A DNA stretch of 64,000 nt, from the NCBI GenBank assembly GCA_964016885.1, contig OZ024741.1:105276001-105340000 (forward strand), given 5' to 3'. The notes under the pieces are model-generated. The model made no database searches, was not told the origin of the DNA, and saw nothing but the letters and a program-made list of their open reading frames with translations. Position numbers and translations under genes: made by a program. Within the stretch, counting starts at the first letter, position 1, and every line of letters begins with the position of its first letter. Source of the stretch: Eledone cirrhosa (lineage: Eukaryota). This document shows, piece after piece, positions 26,634-40,064 of the stretch.

Positions 26634-27240
26634 CAGGTCACCAGTTGGTGCTACTGGTAACATGTATCCCAGTACAACCTGTCTCATGGTCGGGTCGTTG
26701 GCGACTAAACTGGCAACCCCACCAAGGTTTCTTGGTGAGGAGGGTGACTTTGGACATCCTGCAGGACTAAAAACATAACCTGTCAAAGGGCAAAGGAGCT
26801 CTTAAGAGTCAATGGCCATCCAAAATCACTGGGAGAGATGACCCCTTAGCCTTTGTCAAGGCAGAATTCTAGGAGAAGGAAAACTCTGATATAACACCTG
26901 CAACCCTGATGGTATCCAATGATGTTGACTTGTTCTTCTTTTTTGGTAAATATCATCTTGGTTAAGAGAGTGGGACTGGCTTTGTGCAGTGCCTTTGCTC
27001 ACTATAAAAGCTTCACGGCACAGGCATTGCTTTATATCTGGAGATCTCTCTGCACTTGTCGTCACATGGTACCATGGGCCCAGCACTATGTGTCAATAAT
27101 TGTCACAAGTGTAGTGTTTGTTCCAGAGTTTTCAAGTCGCTGGCTGGACTAAAAAGTCACACTCGTTCAGCGCATCGGTAGGGGTTCTCCTACATGGATA
27201 TAAAGTAGTGGCCGTACTCGAAAACGAGTTGGCAGCCACC
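26634..27240 (+). mobile_element. Probable retroposon (LINE 5'-UTR/SINE-like) fragment
   Basis: GC-richer unique block between microsatellites; no coding motif recognised. Confidence 0.3.
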
Positions 27241-27259
27241 ATATATATAGATATAGATG

Positions 27260-27307
<48 letters not shown>

Positions 27308-27519
27308 TGTATGTATATATATATATATATATAGATGTATGTATATATATATATATATATATAGATGTATGTATATATATATATATATATTTATATGTAT
27401 ATATATGTATGCATATATATATGTATATATATATTTATATGTATATATGTTTATATGTATATATGTATATATATATATATATATGTATATTTATATATAT
27501 ATATGTATATATATATATG

Positions 27520-27550
<31 letters not shown>

Positions 27551-27551
27551 G

Positions 27552-27583
<32 letters not shown>

Positions 27584-27655
27584 CATATATATATTTATAT
27601 ATACATATATATATTTATATATACATATATATATTTATATATACATATATATATT

Positions 27656-27689
<34 letters not shown>

Positions 27690-27721
27690 CATATATATAT
27701 TTATATATACATATATATATT

Positions 27722-27752
<31 letters not shown>

Positions 27753-27771
27753 ATTTATATATATATATATT

Positions 27772-27804
<33 letters not shown>

Positions 27805-27807
27805 ATT

Positions 27808-27856
<49 letters not shown>

Positions 27857-27859
27857 ATT

Positions 27860-27932
<73 letters not shown>

Positions 27933-27971
27933 ATATATTTATATTTATTTATATATATATATATTTATATT

Positions 27972-28030
<59 letters not shown>

Positions 28031-28059
28031 ATATATTTATATTTATATATATATATTTA

Positions 28060-28117
<58 letters not shown>
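27241..28117. repeat. Long compound (TA)n microsatellite
   Basis: Direct inspection. Confidence 0.95.
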
Positions 28118-28120
<3 letters not shown>

Positions 28121-28330
28121 TTTTTTCCGTTGTGTTGTAATATAAATATTACACACAGTAGATTATCAGCTCACGTAGAGTTTGCTCGACGGTTCCAGTT
28201 GTAGTTCCAAAAGTAATCCGGAGAAAAATAGAAAGATTTGAATGGATACAGTTTAGTTGAAAGGAATTTATTGACACGTGTTTCTATAACAGTTACATAA
28301 CCTAAAACAGCTATCTACAAACTTTTAGTT

Positions 28331-29746
28331 ATGCAGACATTCAATATTTCAATAGATAGACCCTCTAACTTTGACATAACAATGGGCTCTAACGATTCGG
28401 CGGAAATAACTGATATTGTGGGGTTATTTATCGCCTTTAGACTCCAGGAAAAATTCAGCAATCTCCACGGCGGAATATACCGCGACGATGTTCTCCTCCT
28501 AGCTAAAAACCTTAATAACCAAAAACTAGAAAAACTACGCAAAGATATAAGAAAACTACTACTCGAAATAGGACTAACTATAACATATGAATACAACCTT
28601 AAAGTAGTTAACTTCCTGGATGTCACACTCAATTTAAACTCTGGTTTGATTAAACCGTTTCATAAATTGAATGAAAATCTCAAATACGTAAATGTTGGGT
28701 CTAACCACCCCATCTCTATAATTAAATCTATCCCTAAAAATATTTCCCTTAGAATCTCGGGTCTATCTTCTAACATACAAGTATTTAAGGAACACGCCGA
28801 GTACTACGATAACGCCCTTAGTAAAGCAGGCTACCTCAACAAAATAGAGTACATAGATGGGAACAATCAAAACACCCAAAATAAATCCCACATAGGTAGA
28901 TATAATAACACAACACCAAACCACACTTACTACCATAGTATGCACACCAGTAAACCAACAAACAAAACTAATAGAAAGCGATGCAAAGAGTACTTATGGT
29001 ATAACCCCGAATACAATAGCTCCATTAGTACAAATTTACCAGTACTCTTCTTTAAAATAATTAAAAGACATTTTCCCACATCACACAAATACCACAAAAT
29101 CCTAAACCCTACCACTATAAGACTGTCATACTCTACAGCGTTAAACCTTGAACAACACATAAAAAAGATCAATACTAGAAGGTTAAACGAAAACACTAAG
29201 AACTTAAGTACAAAGAACCCCAAAAAAACAGTAGACAATACACTACAGAACATAAATAAACCACACCTAAGTTCGTCCGCAATACTACTCCAGAGAAAAC
29301 CCAACGTACACAACTGTAACTGCACCTATCCTGACAACTGCCCCCTCGGCAATAACTGCCTGGAAAAAAATATTATTTATAAGTGTACCATTAAATCCGG
29401 AGGCAACGAGTGGTATTACGTGGGATCAACGGCAACATCGTTTAAATCTCGATTGTATAGGCATTCTTACTCAATAAAACACCAGAGCCAAAGAAATGTA
29501 ACAACTTTAGCAGAAAAAGCTTGGACGCTCAGGGATAGCAATCAAAAGTTTACCCTAAAATGGGAAAAATTAGCTAAAACCCAGAGCTTTTCCAGGAGCC
29601 AAAATTTCTGCAAATTGTGTAATCTTGAGATTTATTACATAATCACACACAAGAAGAAACTGCTGAATAACAGAATTGAACGAACATTATTCTGCCGTCA
29701 CAGAACTAAAACCCTTTTTTCCCACTACAAGCAGAATATTACATAA
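28331..29746 (+). CDS. PLE RT (motifs B-E, thumb) + GIY-YIG endonuclease, open but 5'-truncated
   Basis: FDITMGSNDSAE, GIYRDD, VNFLDVTL, CNC..CPL..C, IIYKC..YVGST..FKSR. The first residues come from the inverted arm. Confidence 0.88.
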   Translation: MQTFNISIDRPSNFDITMGSNDSAEITDIVGLFIAFRLQEKFSNLHGGIYRDDVLLLAKNLNNQKLEKLRKDIRKLLLEIGLTITYEYNLKVVNFLDVTLNLNSGLIKPFHKLNENLKYVNVGSNHPISIIKSIPKNISLRISGLSSNIQVFKEHAEYYDNALSKAGYLNKIEYIDGNNQNTQNKSHIGRYNNTTPNHTYYHSMHTSKPTNKTNRKRCKEYLWYNPEYNSSISTNLPVLFFKIIKRHFPTSHKYHKILNPTTIRLSYSTALNLEQHIKKINTRRLNENTKNLSTKNPKKTVDNTLQNINKPHLSSSAILLQRKPNVHNCNCTYPDNCPLGNNCLEKNIIYKCTIKSGGNEWYYVGSTATSFKSRLYRHSYSIKHQSQRNVTTLAEKAWTLRDSNQKFTLKWEKLAKTQSFSRSQNFCKLCNLEIYYIITHKKKLLNNRIERTLFCRHRTKTLFSHYKQNIT

Positions 29747-30015
29747 AAGAGGGACATCCCCCAACTATATAAACCTTAATCTAGTTAGAAAAATATAAAA
29801 ACAATCTCTTCTCAACATATATTAATAACCTTAAATTACCATACTAATAATGAAAAGATATGCTGATGAGAATAGGTACAAATATGCGATAATGAATGTG
29901 TCTAAAAACGTCCATAAGTATGTATATATATGTGAAAATGTATATAAATAAGTAAATATATATATATGTTTGATGTGTATAGTTAGATGTAAGTGTATTC
30001 ATGTATTAAAGTGCT

Positions 30016-30048
<33 letters not shown>

Positions 30049-30071
30049 ATATGTGTGTATATATGTATGTG

Positions 30072-30102
<31 letters not shown>

Positions 30103-30697
30103 GTATATGTATATATGTATATATATATATGTGTATGTATGTATGTGTATATGGATGTGTATGTATGTGTATGTGTGTACACATGGACTAGAGTATGTAT
30201 GTATATATGTGTGTGTCTATACGTGTGTATATATAAAGATAAGTTGAGTATGAAAATGTATACACATGAGCGCGTATGTATGTACATGAATACATGTGTG
30301 TATATATATGTGTATGCATGTGTATATATATGTAAGTATGAATATGTGAATTGTGAGTATATGTATTTTGTAGAGGTGTGCAAATATATTTGTGTGTGAA
30401 TGCGTGGGTGAAAGAATACGTACACTTGAAAGAAAAATTTAAGTCTGAATGTTAAGTGCAAACACAAAACCAACCACGCATATCTTTACTATCTCTAATC
30501 CTTCTATAGATTTAGAAAAAATAACCAATAATATATTCTATAAAAAATGTCAAAACAACAGATGGGAATCTAATTAATCACTGCCACCAAGAATTCTCAT
30601 TGCTATCGAAAAACCACTCCTTCAACTATTCTTCTAACAACTTCACCCCTTCCTCCTAATATTCTCTATAAAAACTAAATAGGTCCTCAGTAATATT

Positions 30698-30741
30698 ATT
30701 CTGATGAAATGACAGTAAACAATAACATTGAAATATTGAAT
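30698..30741 (+). ncRNA. Hammerhead-like motif in PLE tail
   Basis: AUU-CUGAUGA-AAUG-loop-CAUU-GAAA-UAUUG-AAU; cleavage triplet imperfect. TATAAAA about 30 nt upstream. Confidence 0.55.
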
Positions 30742-30846
30742 GTCTGCATAACTAAAAGTTTGTAGATAGCTGTTTTAGGTTATGTAACTGTTATAGAAAC
30801 ACGTGTCAATAAATTCCTTTCAACTAAACTGTATCCATTCAAATCT

Positions 30847-30883
<37 letters not shown>

Positions 30884-30934
30884 ACTTCAAAATATCAAAA
30901 TATTAATAAATATAGAGATTCATGTGATCAAATA

Positions 30935-31000
30935 TATTTTATTATACATATTTCAGAGGTACTGAGCTATTTCATCAGTACGTTCTCATCAGATAAAATA
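30935..31000 (-). ncRNA. Hammerhead ribozyme motif (orphan)
   Basis: UAUUUUAU-CUGAUGA-gaac-GUACUGA-loop-UCAGUAC-cucu-GAAA-UAUGUA-UA-AUAAAAUA. Confidence 0.68.
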
Positions 31001-31299
31001 AATTGATGTCTGACATCCCTCAACTGTGCTGATGGTTCAATTCCAGTCTTGGCAGTGATTAGTTATGACAAAACTCAATATTTATATACCATAATGTGTA
31101 ACATGACAAACTACATATAATAGAGAGGGTACGTAGGAGAAGGTGTATAAAAAAATATAATAATAAATATAATAAGTATATATAAAGGCAAGTAAAAAAT
31201 ATAAACATATAACTACATAACTGTTAAAGATTTAAATAATTAAATATGTAAAGCTCCGTATTATAGAGGGAGCTAAAACCTTTCCTTTTTGATTCATAC

Positions 31300-32150
31300 A
31301 TATACACATACATGAGACAGTAGTGTCTGATTTGAAGGAAGTTTTGCTGCTAGTTTTAACACAAAGGTCTCACTTATGTAGCAGAGGTACTCGGGGATAC
31401 CTGAGTATTTTCCCAAAATGCAGTAAAGTTAGAACTTCAGAATTCCTACGAACTAAATAACTGAGGAAAGTGGGGCCAGAGATAGGATGTTTTCAGACAG
31501 GCATTGACCTGATCAGCTCAGATCCCTCAAGGAATTACAGGCAGATTTTGCCCGAAATCACCTGCAAGAACCATTATCACTCTTTCCATTGTGCAAGTAC
31601 TGTCTCTCATATCACTTACTGTCCGGTCCAAAGTATCAACTGCTTGTTTATGGCTCTTAGAGACTTCATTCCAAATTATCATCTTGCATGTTTGCAGGAT
31701 CTTGCCCTTGGGTGAGTTTTTCTTTGTGTTGCAAAAATATTGTTCGTCCCGTGTAAGGTCTATTGGCAGCGGAAATACGGAGTGTGCAGTTCTTCATCCA
31801 TCCAAAAGTGCTGCTGGAATGCAACCTGAAACCACAGCAAGGGCAACATGTTGCTTGTGGCAGAGTTTTGCAAGCAGGGGGTTTATGAGAAATGTCTTAC
31901 CTGTGCCATCAGGAACAGCGATGAAGGAAAATCCTCCCCTGTCATTTTCAATGTTTTCCATGATATTGTAGTAGGCATGATTCTGGTCGTCTACTAATCG
32001 AGGTTCATTTTCATCCGAAAACTTACCCAAGGCTTGAATATCGTAGCTTCTCTCCTGAAAAAATCTCTTGTGCTACCATCATTTCATCATCTAGCTCAGG
32101 CATGCCACAGTTATCTAATGTGCTAAAGTCGACGAGATAGGTAACAGAAA
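31300..32150 (-). pseudogene. Degenerate Helitron Pif1 helicase fragment
   Basis: PDGTGKTFL, VALAVVSG..AALLDG, then IIWNE..LDRT..LAGDF.Q.LPVIP in shifted frames. Confidence 0.8.
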
Positions 32151-32582
32151 GCTTGATTGTAAATCCTGGGGGAACGTTTCATATTCATATTGTCATGATG
32201 TCTTCGGGCTAGATGTAAATAGTCTTCCGGATTTTTCGATATGCAAACGGAAATATGTACAATTGAATTTAAATGAATTGCTTGCTTTGTAAAGCAAAAA
32301 CATTGTTACCATTACTCGTCCCGTGATGTAGTGAATATATATATATATATATGTAATTTTGTCGGTGTCCGTTCGCTAATCGTTTTAGGCAGACACACTG
32401 AATCAGGAACTTTGTAAGAATACTTAATTTTTTGAGATTTCCTCTCAATGTTCTAGTAATACATGCTTTGATACAATTCTCATTAAAATTACTGGTAAAA
32501 AAACTTGACTGTGATGTAAATATAAATATCATGATATATGTTTGAAAATATCAGCAAAACTTATATTTCTGTCTTTCTTTAG

Positions 32583-32787
32583 TTCTTGGATGGATGGTCG
32601 GTGAACAACCAATTATTTCCCAGTCCAATCGATCTACACAGGAGCCCGTACGGTAAAAGATATTGTGGGACCGATAAAATAAGAAACAAATTCATTGCAT
32701 CACTGAATGCAGCCCTTATTAACTTTTATGTTCCTACGGAAGGACAGGGTTTCACCTTACGGGTAAATTTTATCGAGAACCTATTGC
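32583..32787 (+). CDS. CRHBP: CRF-binding protein, internal exon
   Basis: [42 protein letters not shown] resembles CRHBP DGW..FPS..SQNVAMI.F..P.GNGFTL. Polypyrimidine-AG acceptor and GTAAGT donor, phase 1. Confidence 0.88.
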
Positions 32788-32825
32788 GTAAGTATAATTA
32801 CACTTTCTTATATTTACGAAACTGT

Positions 32826-33415
<590 letters not shown>

Positions 33416-33535
33416 AATATAATTTCAGCGAGAATCGTATTTCGGCTGTGATCAAAAGCAAAGCGAAACGCAATTTTCGAGATATGTGGCAACAAGCGCT
33501 CAATGGACTATATATATATACACAATATATATATA

Positions 33536-34146
33536 TAAAATACAATATGTTGAAAAGGTAACACACTAGAGAGAGATAATGCGCCATCAATAAAACAGGG
33601 AAAACGACCAGTGTAAGGAATCTATAACCTATGAAAGGCAGGGTAGACACACAATAATTAAAAATATAAATTAAAATGTATATACGCACCTCTATAACTA
33701 TATAAGACACGCGTACAAATCCAAAGAGATCTGTTTCGCCAGGAAGTTGTTGACTGAAATGGAATAGCCTATGGTTCATCAGCGCGTGCAAGGCTATACA
33801 TTCCAGACAACTCTAAGAGAATCTAAAGCGACCGTCCAGCTACACGCGGGAGAGAGATGTCACAGCGTGTTTAGGGCAGTGAACCAGTGGTATTTGACGA
33901 GCTGCTAGAAATGGCAGCCCAAAAACCACTCAGAGAAGTGTACTCAACCAAACAGTGAGAGAGGAAAGACTGTTATAAGGAGCGAAATATCGCGATAAAT
34001 TAACGGAGCCATAGACTCTCGTTATTCCCTGTCAATAATGTACTCAAAGGAGAAGGAATCCTGAGCTCTTTAAAATACAATATGTTGAAAAGGTAACACA
34101 CGTTATTGACAGGGAATAACGAGAGTCTATGGCTCCGTTAATTTAT

Positions 34147-34154
<8 letters not shown>
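33536..34154 (-). mobile_element. Retrozyme-like insert: 535-nt monomer + terminal direct repeat + inverted arm
   Basis: 31-bp direct repeat 33536-33566 / 34071-34101. Inverted repeat 33987-34038 / 34103-34154. One HHR, (TA)n flanks. Confidence 0.82.
33708..33788 (-). ncRNA. Type I hammerhead ribozyme with full stem III
   Basis: CACGCG-CUGAUGA-aCCA-30-nt loop-UGGc-GAAA-CAGAUC-ucuuug-GAUUUG-UA-CGCGUG. Confidence 0.88.
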
Positions 34155-34228
<74 letters not shown>

Positions 34229-34503
34229 GCTTAATATGCAGGCACTCGGAAAACAGCAGTTATCAACAACGAACTGCTACGACTTCGAGTCGTCTTTAAC
34301 ATCGCAATTATTGGTGCCTGTGCAAGGAGGTGTTGATAAAGGTTCCACATGAATTATCCCCTGTTATTTGGGCCGGGCTTAGTTGATGGATTTTTTACTC
34401 TTGGTGCTACTTCGTTCGTCCCTAGTGTGTCCAGTATTCACTGAAAAAAGCCTTCTTATAATCAATCCATGCTGCTGCTTCTTCTTATTATTATTATTAT
34501 TAA

Positions 34504-34570
<67 letters not shown>

Positions 34571-34748
34571 CCCACTTATTCCACGCACTCTCACAAACAG
34601 ACACAGACATATGTGTAAACTACGATTGTTTACCCAATCGATGAGGGAGCCACATGTTTTATATCTATTTTACCTCGTTCCCTGTTCTCTGGGCTTGTTT
34701 TTCTTTCTCTTGTTCTTGTGCAATTATTGGCACACAGATACTCACACA

Positions 34749-34793
<45 letters not shown>

Positions 34794-34800
34794 ACACACA

Positions 34801-34922
<122 letters not shown>

Positions 34923-35499
34923 GTGAAAGAGTGAAGAGTAACCTGGTTGGCTGTACAAGGGGCTTTATTTCAGGTATTAACAATTGGTTCATTGATCAGG
35001 TGAGTCTAGAGGCCGCTAATCGCTCAAAGTTGCGTCACTCGATCGTCATTACATTATTTACCTCTGATCAAATCCTCAGAATACAAAAATAATTCACACA
35101 AGGTAAGTTATATATAGAGAAATACCGTATAATCAAAACAATAACATCAATAATAAAATATATATGATAAATAGGTAGAGAAGTTACAGATGTAAAAAGT
35201 AAAAGATATAAAAAAAGATAGAGAGTCTGAGGTAGTGACAGATAAAAGAAAAAGCAATAAATTAGAGATTAATTGGGAGATACTAGTATGAGATCCAAGG
35301 GCTAGAGGTGGATTGTGAAGGGAGGTTTGACAAATGTGTGTGGTAAATGTTTTGCTGATTGTCTTGTCTTAAAGGGGTTGATGCGGTTTCAGGGAGAGAG
35401 GCTGAAGGAGATGTTAAGAGATTTATGATCTAGTGACCAGTTGGCCATTTGACAGCTAATAGCGGTGTGATGGTGTGTATTCCATACGTTAAAATACAT

Positions 35500-35562
<63 letters not shown>

Positions 35563-35565
<3 letters not shown>

Positions 35566-36684
35566 CGAAGGAAATGTGGTAAGGAACCAGATGGACCATA
35601 ATGCACCAAAGTACTCAATACTTAGGGTAGTAGAGTGGGTAATAGGAACGAGTAGGACCCCGACGGCTGAGCTCAAGCCGATTCGACGGCTAATTCTGGA
35701 CTAAATGAAAATTGTTATCCTGGTAAATGAATAGCCAAACTTCTCAGAGGGTAATTCCATATATGGTAAAAGTGATTGTCACAAGAATTGGTCATAAGTT
35801 TGTTGTTGAGACACATGATTCTATCATGGCATTTTGTGGAAGGTAGGGGTAGCTGAACTTGCCAGTAGAAGAAAGAGGGAGAGGGAGTGGAAGAAATCCA
35901 GTCGAGCGTTGAAAGTGACAACTACAGCAGATTCTAAGGATAGGAGGTTGAAAAAAGTATACTAGAGAAGGGGGGGGAGTCGAAACAATAAGTAAATCTA
36001 TTTGGAGTAAATATATAGAAAAATATTAAAAAATATTAAAAATATTAAAAAAACACAATTTCTGGTTACTATTCCCCTACCACAATCATCAAGTCTCTCA
36101 CTGGTACTGCTAAGCTATAGAAAAGTTTAATAGGTGGGACGGAATACTAATATACGAGATTGTAGTGAAAGAATTTTATGAGTTAGTAGTAATCCGCCAA
36201 ATCTATCTTACAATGACAGGTCAACAAGTAGGGGGCCAAAATACTAAAAAAAAAATTTTTTTTAAACGAAATAATAATTCAGGGTCCCGAAACTAATACG
36301 AAATATTAATTCAGAATCCCGAAACATGAATACTAATACGATATATATGAGTACTGCTACGATACATAAATTCTAATACAAACTACATAAATGCTCGTAC
36401 GATATATATGAAAAACTAATACGAACAATTAATTCAGAATCATCCCCCACCCCCCACCCCAAAAAGTAAATACTGATATACGAGAAACTAAAGCAGAAAT
36501 ACCACTAAGAAATCTAGAAATCACGGAAATGGGGCAGCAATCGGAGAAGAAAGCAAGTATCTGGGGTCTAGCACATCTGCTATAAAAAGCGGAATCGGCC
36601 AATTATGGAATTACTCCCTGAGAAGTTCGGCTATTCATTTACCAGGATAAAAATTTCCATTTAGTCCAGAATTAGCCGTCGAAA
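35563..36684 (-). mobile_element. Longer family A element with inverted arm and HHR-like CUGAGAA motif
   Basis: 35563-35700 matches 141-275. 35683-35762 is inverted (diverged) at 36604-36684. Confidence 0.7.
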
Positions 36685-36689
36685 ATACA

Positions 36690-36836
36690 CTGAAACTGAA
36701 GCGAAAACCAAATCAAACAGAGTGTGTTTTACTATTTTTTGGCAATGTTAGGACAACATGACTCTCCCCAAATATAATAATATCTGTTTCAACACACAAT
36801 TTCATATTTAAAAAAAAAACTTGCAAAACAAATATA
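36690..36836 (+). mobile_element. Isolated PLE 3'-tail copy
   Basis: Diverged match to the reverse complement of 3634-3775. Confidence 0.65.
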
Positions 36837-37194
36837 TCGCCGCCATTCCTGTTATGAGATATATTATTTTATATTATTAATGTATGTCCATACACGGGAC
36901 AAAAAGCGCTACCTAAGGTTTTAAGGTCCGATTTTTTTCATTATATGTTTTTTTTTTATTTGTATATGAATGGAATGGAATGGATCTTCGTCGATTAAGA
37001 CGATGAAGGTTCTAGTTGTTCGATCAACGGAACAGACTGCTTGTAAAATTAACCTGCAATAGTTTTTTGTTCTCACATATCGAGATTAGAAACATAAGAT
37101 TGCATATTCGATATTTAGTCAAACATAAAGAAAAAAAAGTAGCATTGCAAAAGACTATAAATGAGAGGAAATGAAGGGAAAGGGCAAGGATTAT

Positions 37195-38508
37195 TAACCG
37201 CCTCTACCTGAAACGTAAACGGGAAGGCAGAGGCCTAACATCAGTCAAGACAACATTTGAGTATCGCATCATATCTCTCCGACAACATATACGAACCACC
37301 AAGTGTACGAAACCATCTATTGAGTAAGTCTGTTTACATGAGACAGATAAGATCATGAGAGTTGGGAAGGGGCTCCTTGAGAAATACTCCCTGCATGATA
37401 ATCAAAAACTCACACCCATGGAAATTGCCCAGCAATACTGTAGTGAATCCATGGATGAAAAACTGCATGTTTATCAGCAAAAAACCATGCATGGGTATGT
37501 TGCCAAGAGGCTCCAGAGTGAGAGTAATATAGATAAGCAAAATAATCTATCTTGGACTAACAACCGCTATATCGGCTCTCACTTTGAAGGATATGCTTTT
37601 GCAATCCAAGAAATACAAAATACCTGGTTCACAAAAGAGATAGGGATGCAGGCAAAACACCTACATGTGACAACAAATGCAGACTCTGCAGAATTAACAT
37701 TGAAGATGTCACCATGTCATAAGCAGCTGTCCAGAAATGTCGTCACGGTGCTATCTACCTATGAAGCTTGATGTAGTAGCCAAAACACTATGCAAAGCAA
37801 TTCATAAAAAAATAGCCCCGACCATAAATATATTATAAGTCACAGCAATGTGGAAGACATATACATACCTAATATAAAAGAATACTGGTGGAATGTTCCA
37901 GTCAAACCCCCAATAAAATGCAAGCACAACAGACCAGTTATAATAATATGGGACAAGGTAAAGAAAGCCTGCACAGTAGTGAAAGTCAGCTGCCCAGCAG
38001 ATGCCAATATAATATTAAAGATTAGCGAAAAGGAAAACGTCTATGCAGAACTAATGAGGAATCTCAGATACTCCACCCTGACTATACCTTCAGATTTATA
38101 CCTGTGATTATTGGGGCACTGGGATATGTTACTAACTGCCTCAGTACAAATCTTGAGAAGCTGGGCTTCACAAAACCAGAAAGAACACGACTAGTTAGGA
38201 AGTTACAAGTACAATCCATTAATGGAACTGTAAAAATGTGTAAAACATTCCAAAAATTCTGCATGTAATAACTGCATTTACACTTATATAGATACAAAAT
38301 AAATGCACGTGTACACATTACTCAACGCATACAGATCCACACATACATTAACATCTATACCTGCACACACATGCATATATGCAGACAAGCAGACATATCT
38401 ACCTAGTTGATGTTGTTTAAATTCCAATGAGAGAGTCTTGCATCTATGTTGGAAACCGCCTCTGTCTCTCTATTGGTAAAAATTTATAAAATTATAAAAC
38501 CAGAAGAA
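37195..38508 (+). mobile_element. 5'-truncated R4/Dong-like LINE (same family as 13687-17756)
   Basis: Aligns to 16445-17756; same 3' end followed by (CATA)n. Confidence 0.9.
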
Positions 38509-39022
38509 CATACATACATACATACATACGTAGATACATACGTACATACGTATATACCTGCATCCATATAGGCAATCTCATCGCTGGCTATGACAACCTG
38601 CTATTGAGAGATAAGCTGCAATGAAATGATTTTAAGCGATGTTTATGACATATTCAGAAAAGAACTTTTATTATGTGACACCCACCTCAATCCTATAGCT
38701 TCCTGCAAGTCTCTTTCAGACTTTCTACAAGATAGATTTCTTAGCTTATACGCGGATGTGTTTTCTTTTTAGTAATCCTTCACATAATATCCTTTCTCTA
38801 TTATGATTGCATTTGGATCCATGGATGTATTTTCCAACCAATTTTTTTCCTTTTTTCTACTTTTCTTTGTCTCCTTATTATATCCTCTTTCTGGCGCTAC
38901 AACTCCCCTCTGTTTCTATTTCCAGGCTCTATTTCTAATATGTGTCCCGTCTAAATCGTTTATCCACTCAATCTTATCCTCCCCCTCTTTCTCTATCTCT
39001 TTCCCCTCTCTCTCTCTCTATA

Positions 39023-39071
<49 letters not shown>

Positions 39072-39089
39072 CATATATATATATTTGTA

Positions 39090-39146
<57 letters not shown>

Positions 39147-39245
39147 ACAATAATAAATTTGAAGACTAAAACCCAAAGAGTTTCAAAAGATCCCGTTAAG
39201 GATAAAAGCAGCGATTCTTTGCTTAAACTTTAATCTGTTATTTTA

Positions 39246-39381
<136 letters not shown>

Positions 39382-40023
39382 ACGTAAGTATGTATGTGTG
39401 TATGTATGTATGTGTGTGTGTATGTATAAACAAAGAAACGCTTTCTTTTCAAACATGTTATATATTGAAAACATAACTATACTCTAGTTTGATCATTTTT
39501 AAGGTTTTTACGTATTCCCTTATTAATTATTTATGCTTAGTTTGGAACAGTAGCGTTTCTAAATCCATGTGCGTATTAACGCTTCGAAGACTTCACGGCT
39601 CCATTTTCAGAATGAAAAGGGCCTTACTGTTGGTGTATTGGTCATGAGCTTAGTAGTGGTCATAAAGAATGAGGGGAGTGGAAGGAGATCGAAAACACCT
39701 GATTTAACATTTCATTAAAAAAACTCATAACACCCTATACAACATGCATCGATCCTAACCACACAGTCATACTTAGAATATTCTCCAAAATAAAAACCTT
39801 CATAATAAAATTAAAAAAACCTCATTAACACACAACCACTCAAACTGCTAAACCACAGAACGCACTGCAGGTGACCAATGTGATATATATATAGAGAGAT
39901 GTGTGTGTGTGTGTGTGTGTGTGGTAATAATAAATGTGAAGACTAAAATCCGAAGAGGGCTCGATAAGAATTATATATATATATATATGTGTGTGTGTAT
40001 ATATATATATACATGTATGTATG

Positions 40024-40059
<36 letters not shown>

Positions 40060-40064
<5 letters not shown>

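Larger units (their letters stand above)
28118..30852 (+). mobile_element. 5'-truncated PLE (second clade, YRDD type) with inverted terminal arm
   Basis: 126-bp inverted repeat 28228-28353 / 30727-30852. ORF with RT and GIY-YIG. HHR-like motif at 30698-30741. Confidence 0.9.

Noticed and set aside
29860-29900. CTGATGAG as a hammerhead
   Set aside because: No stem II or GAAA partner follows.
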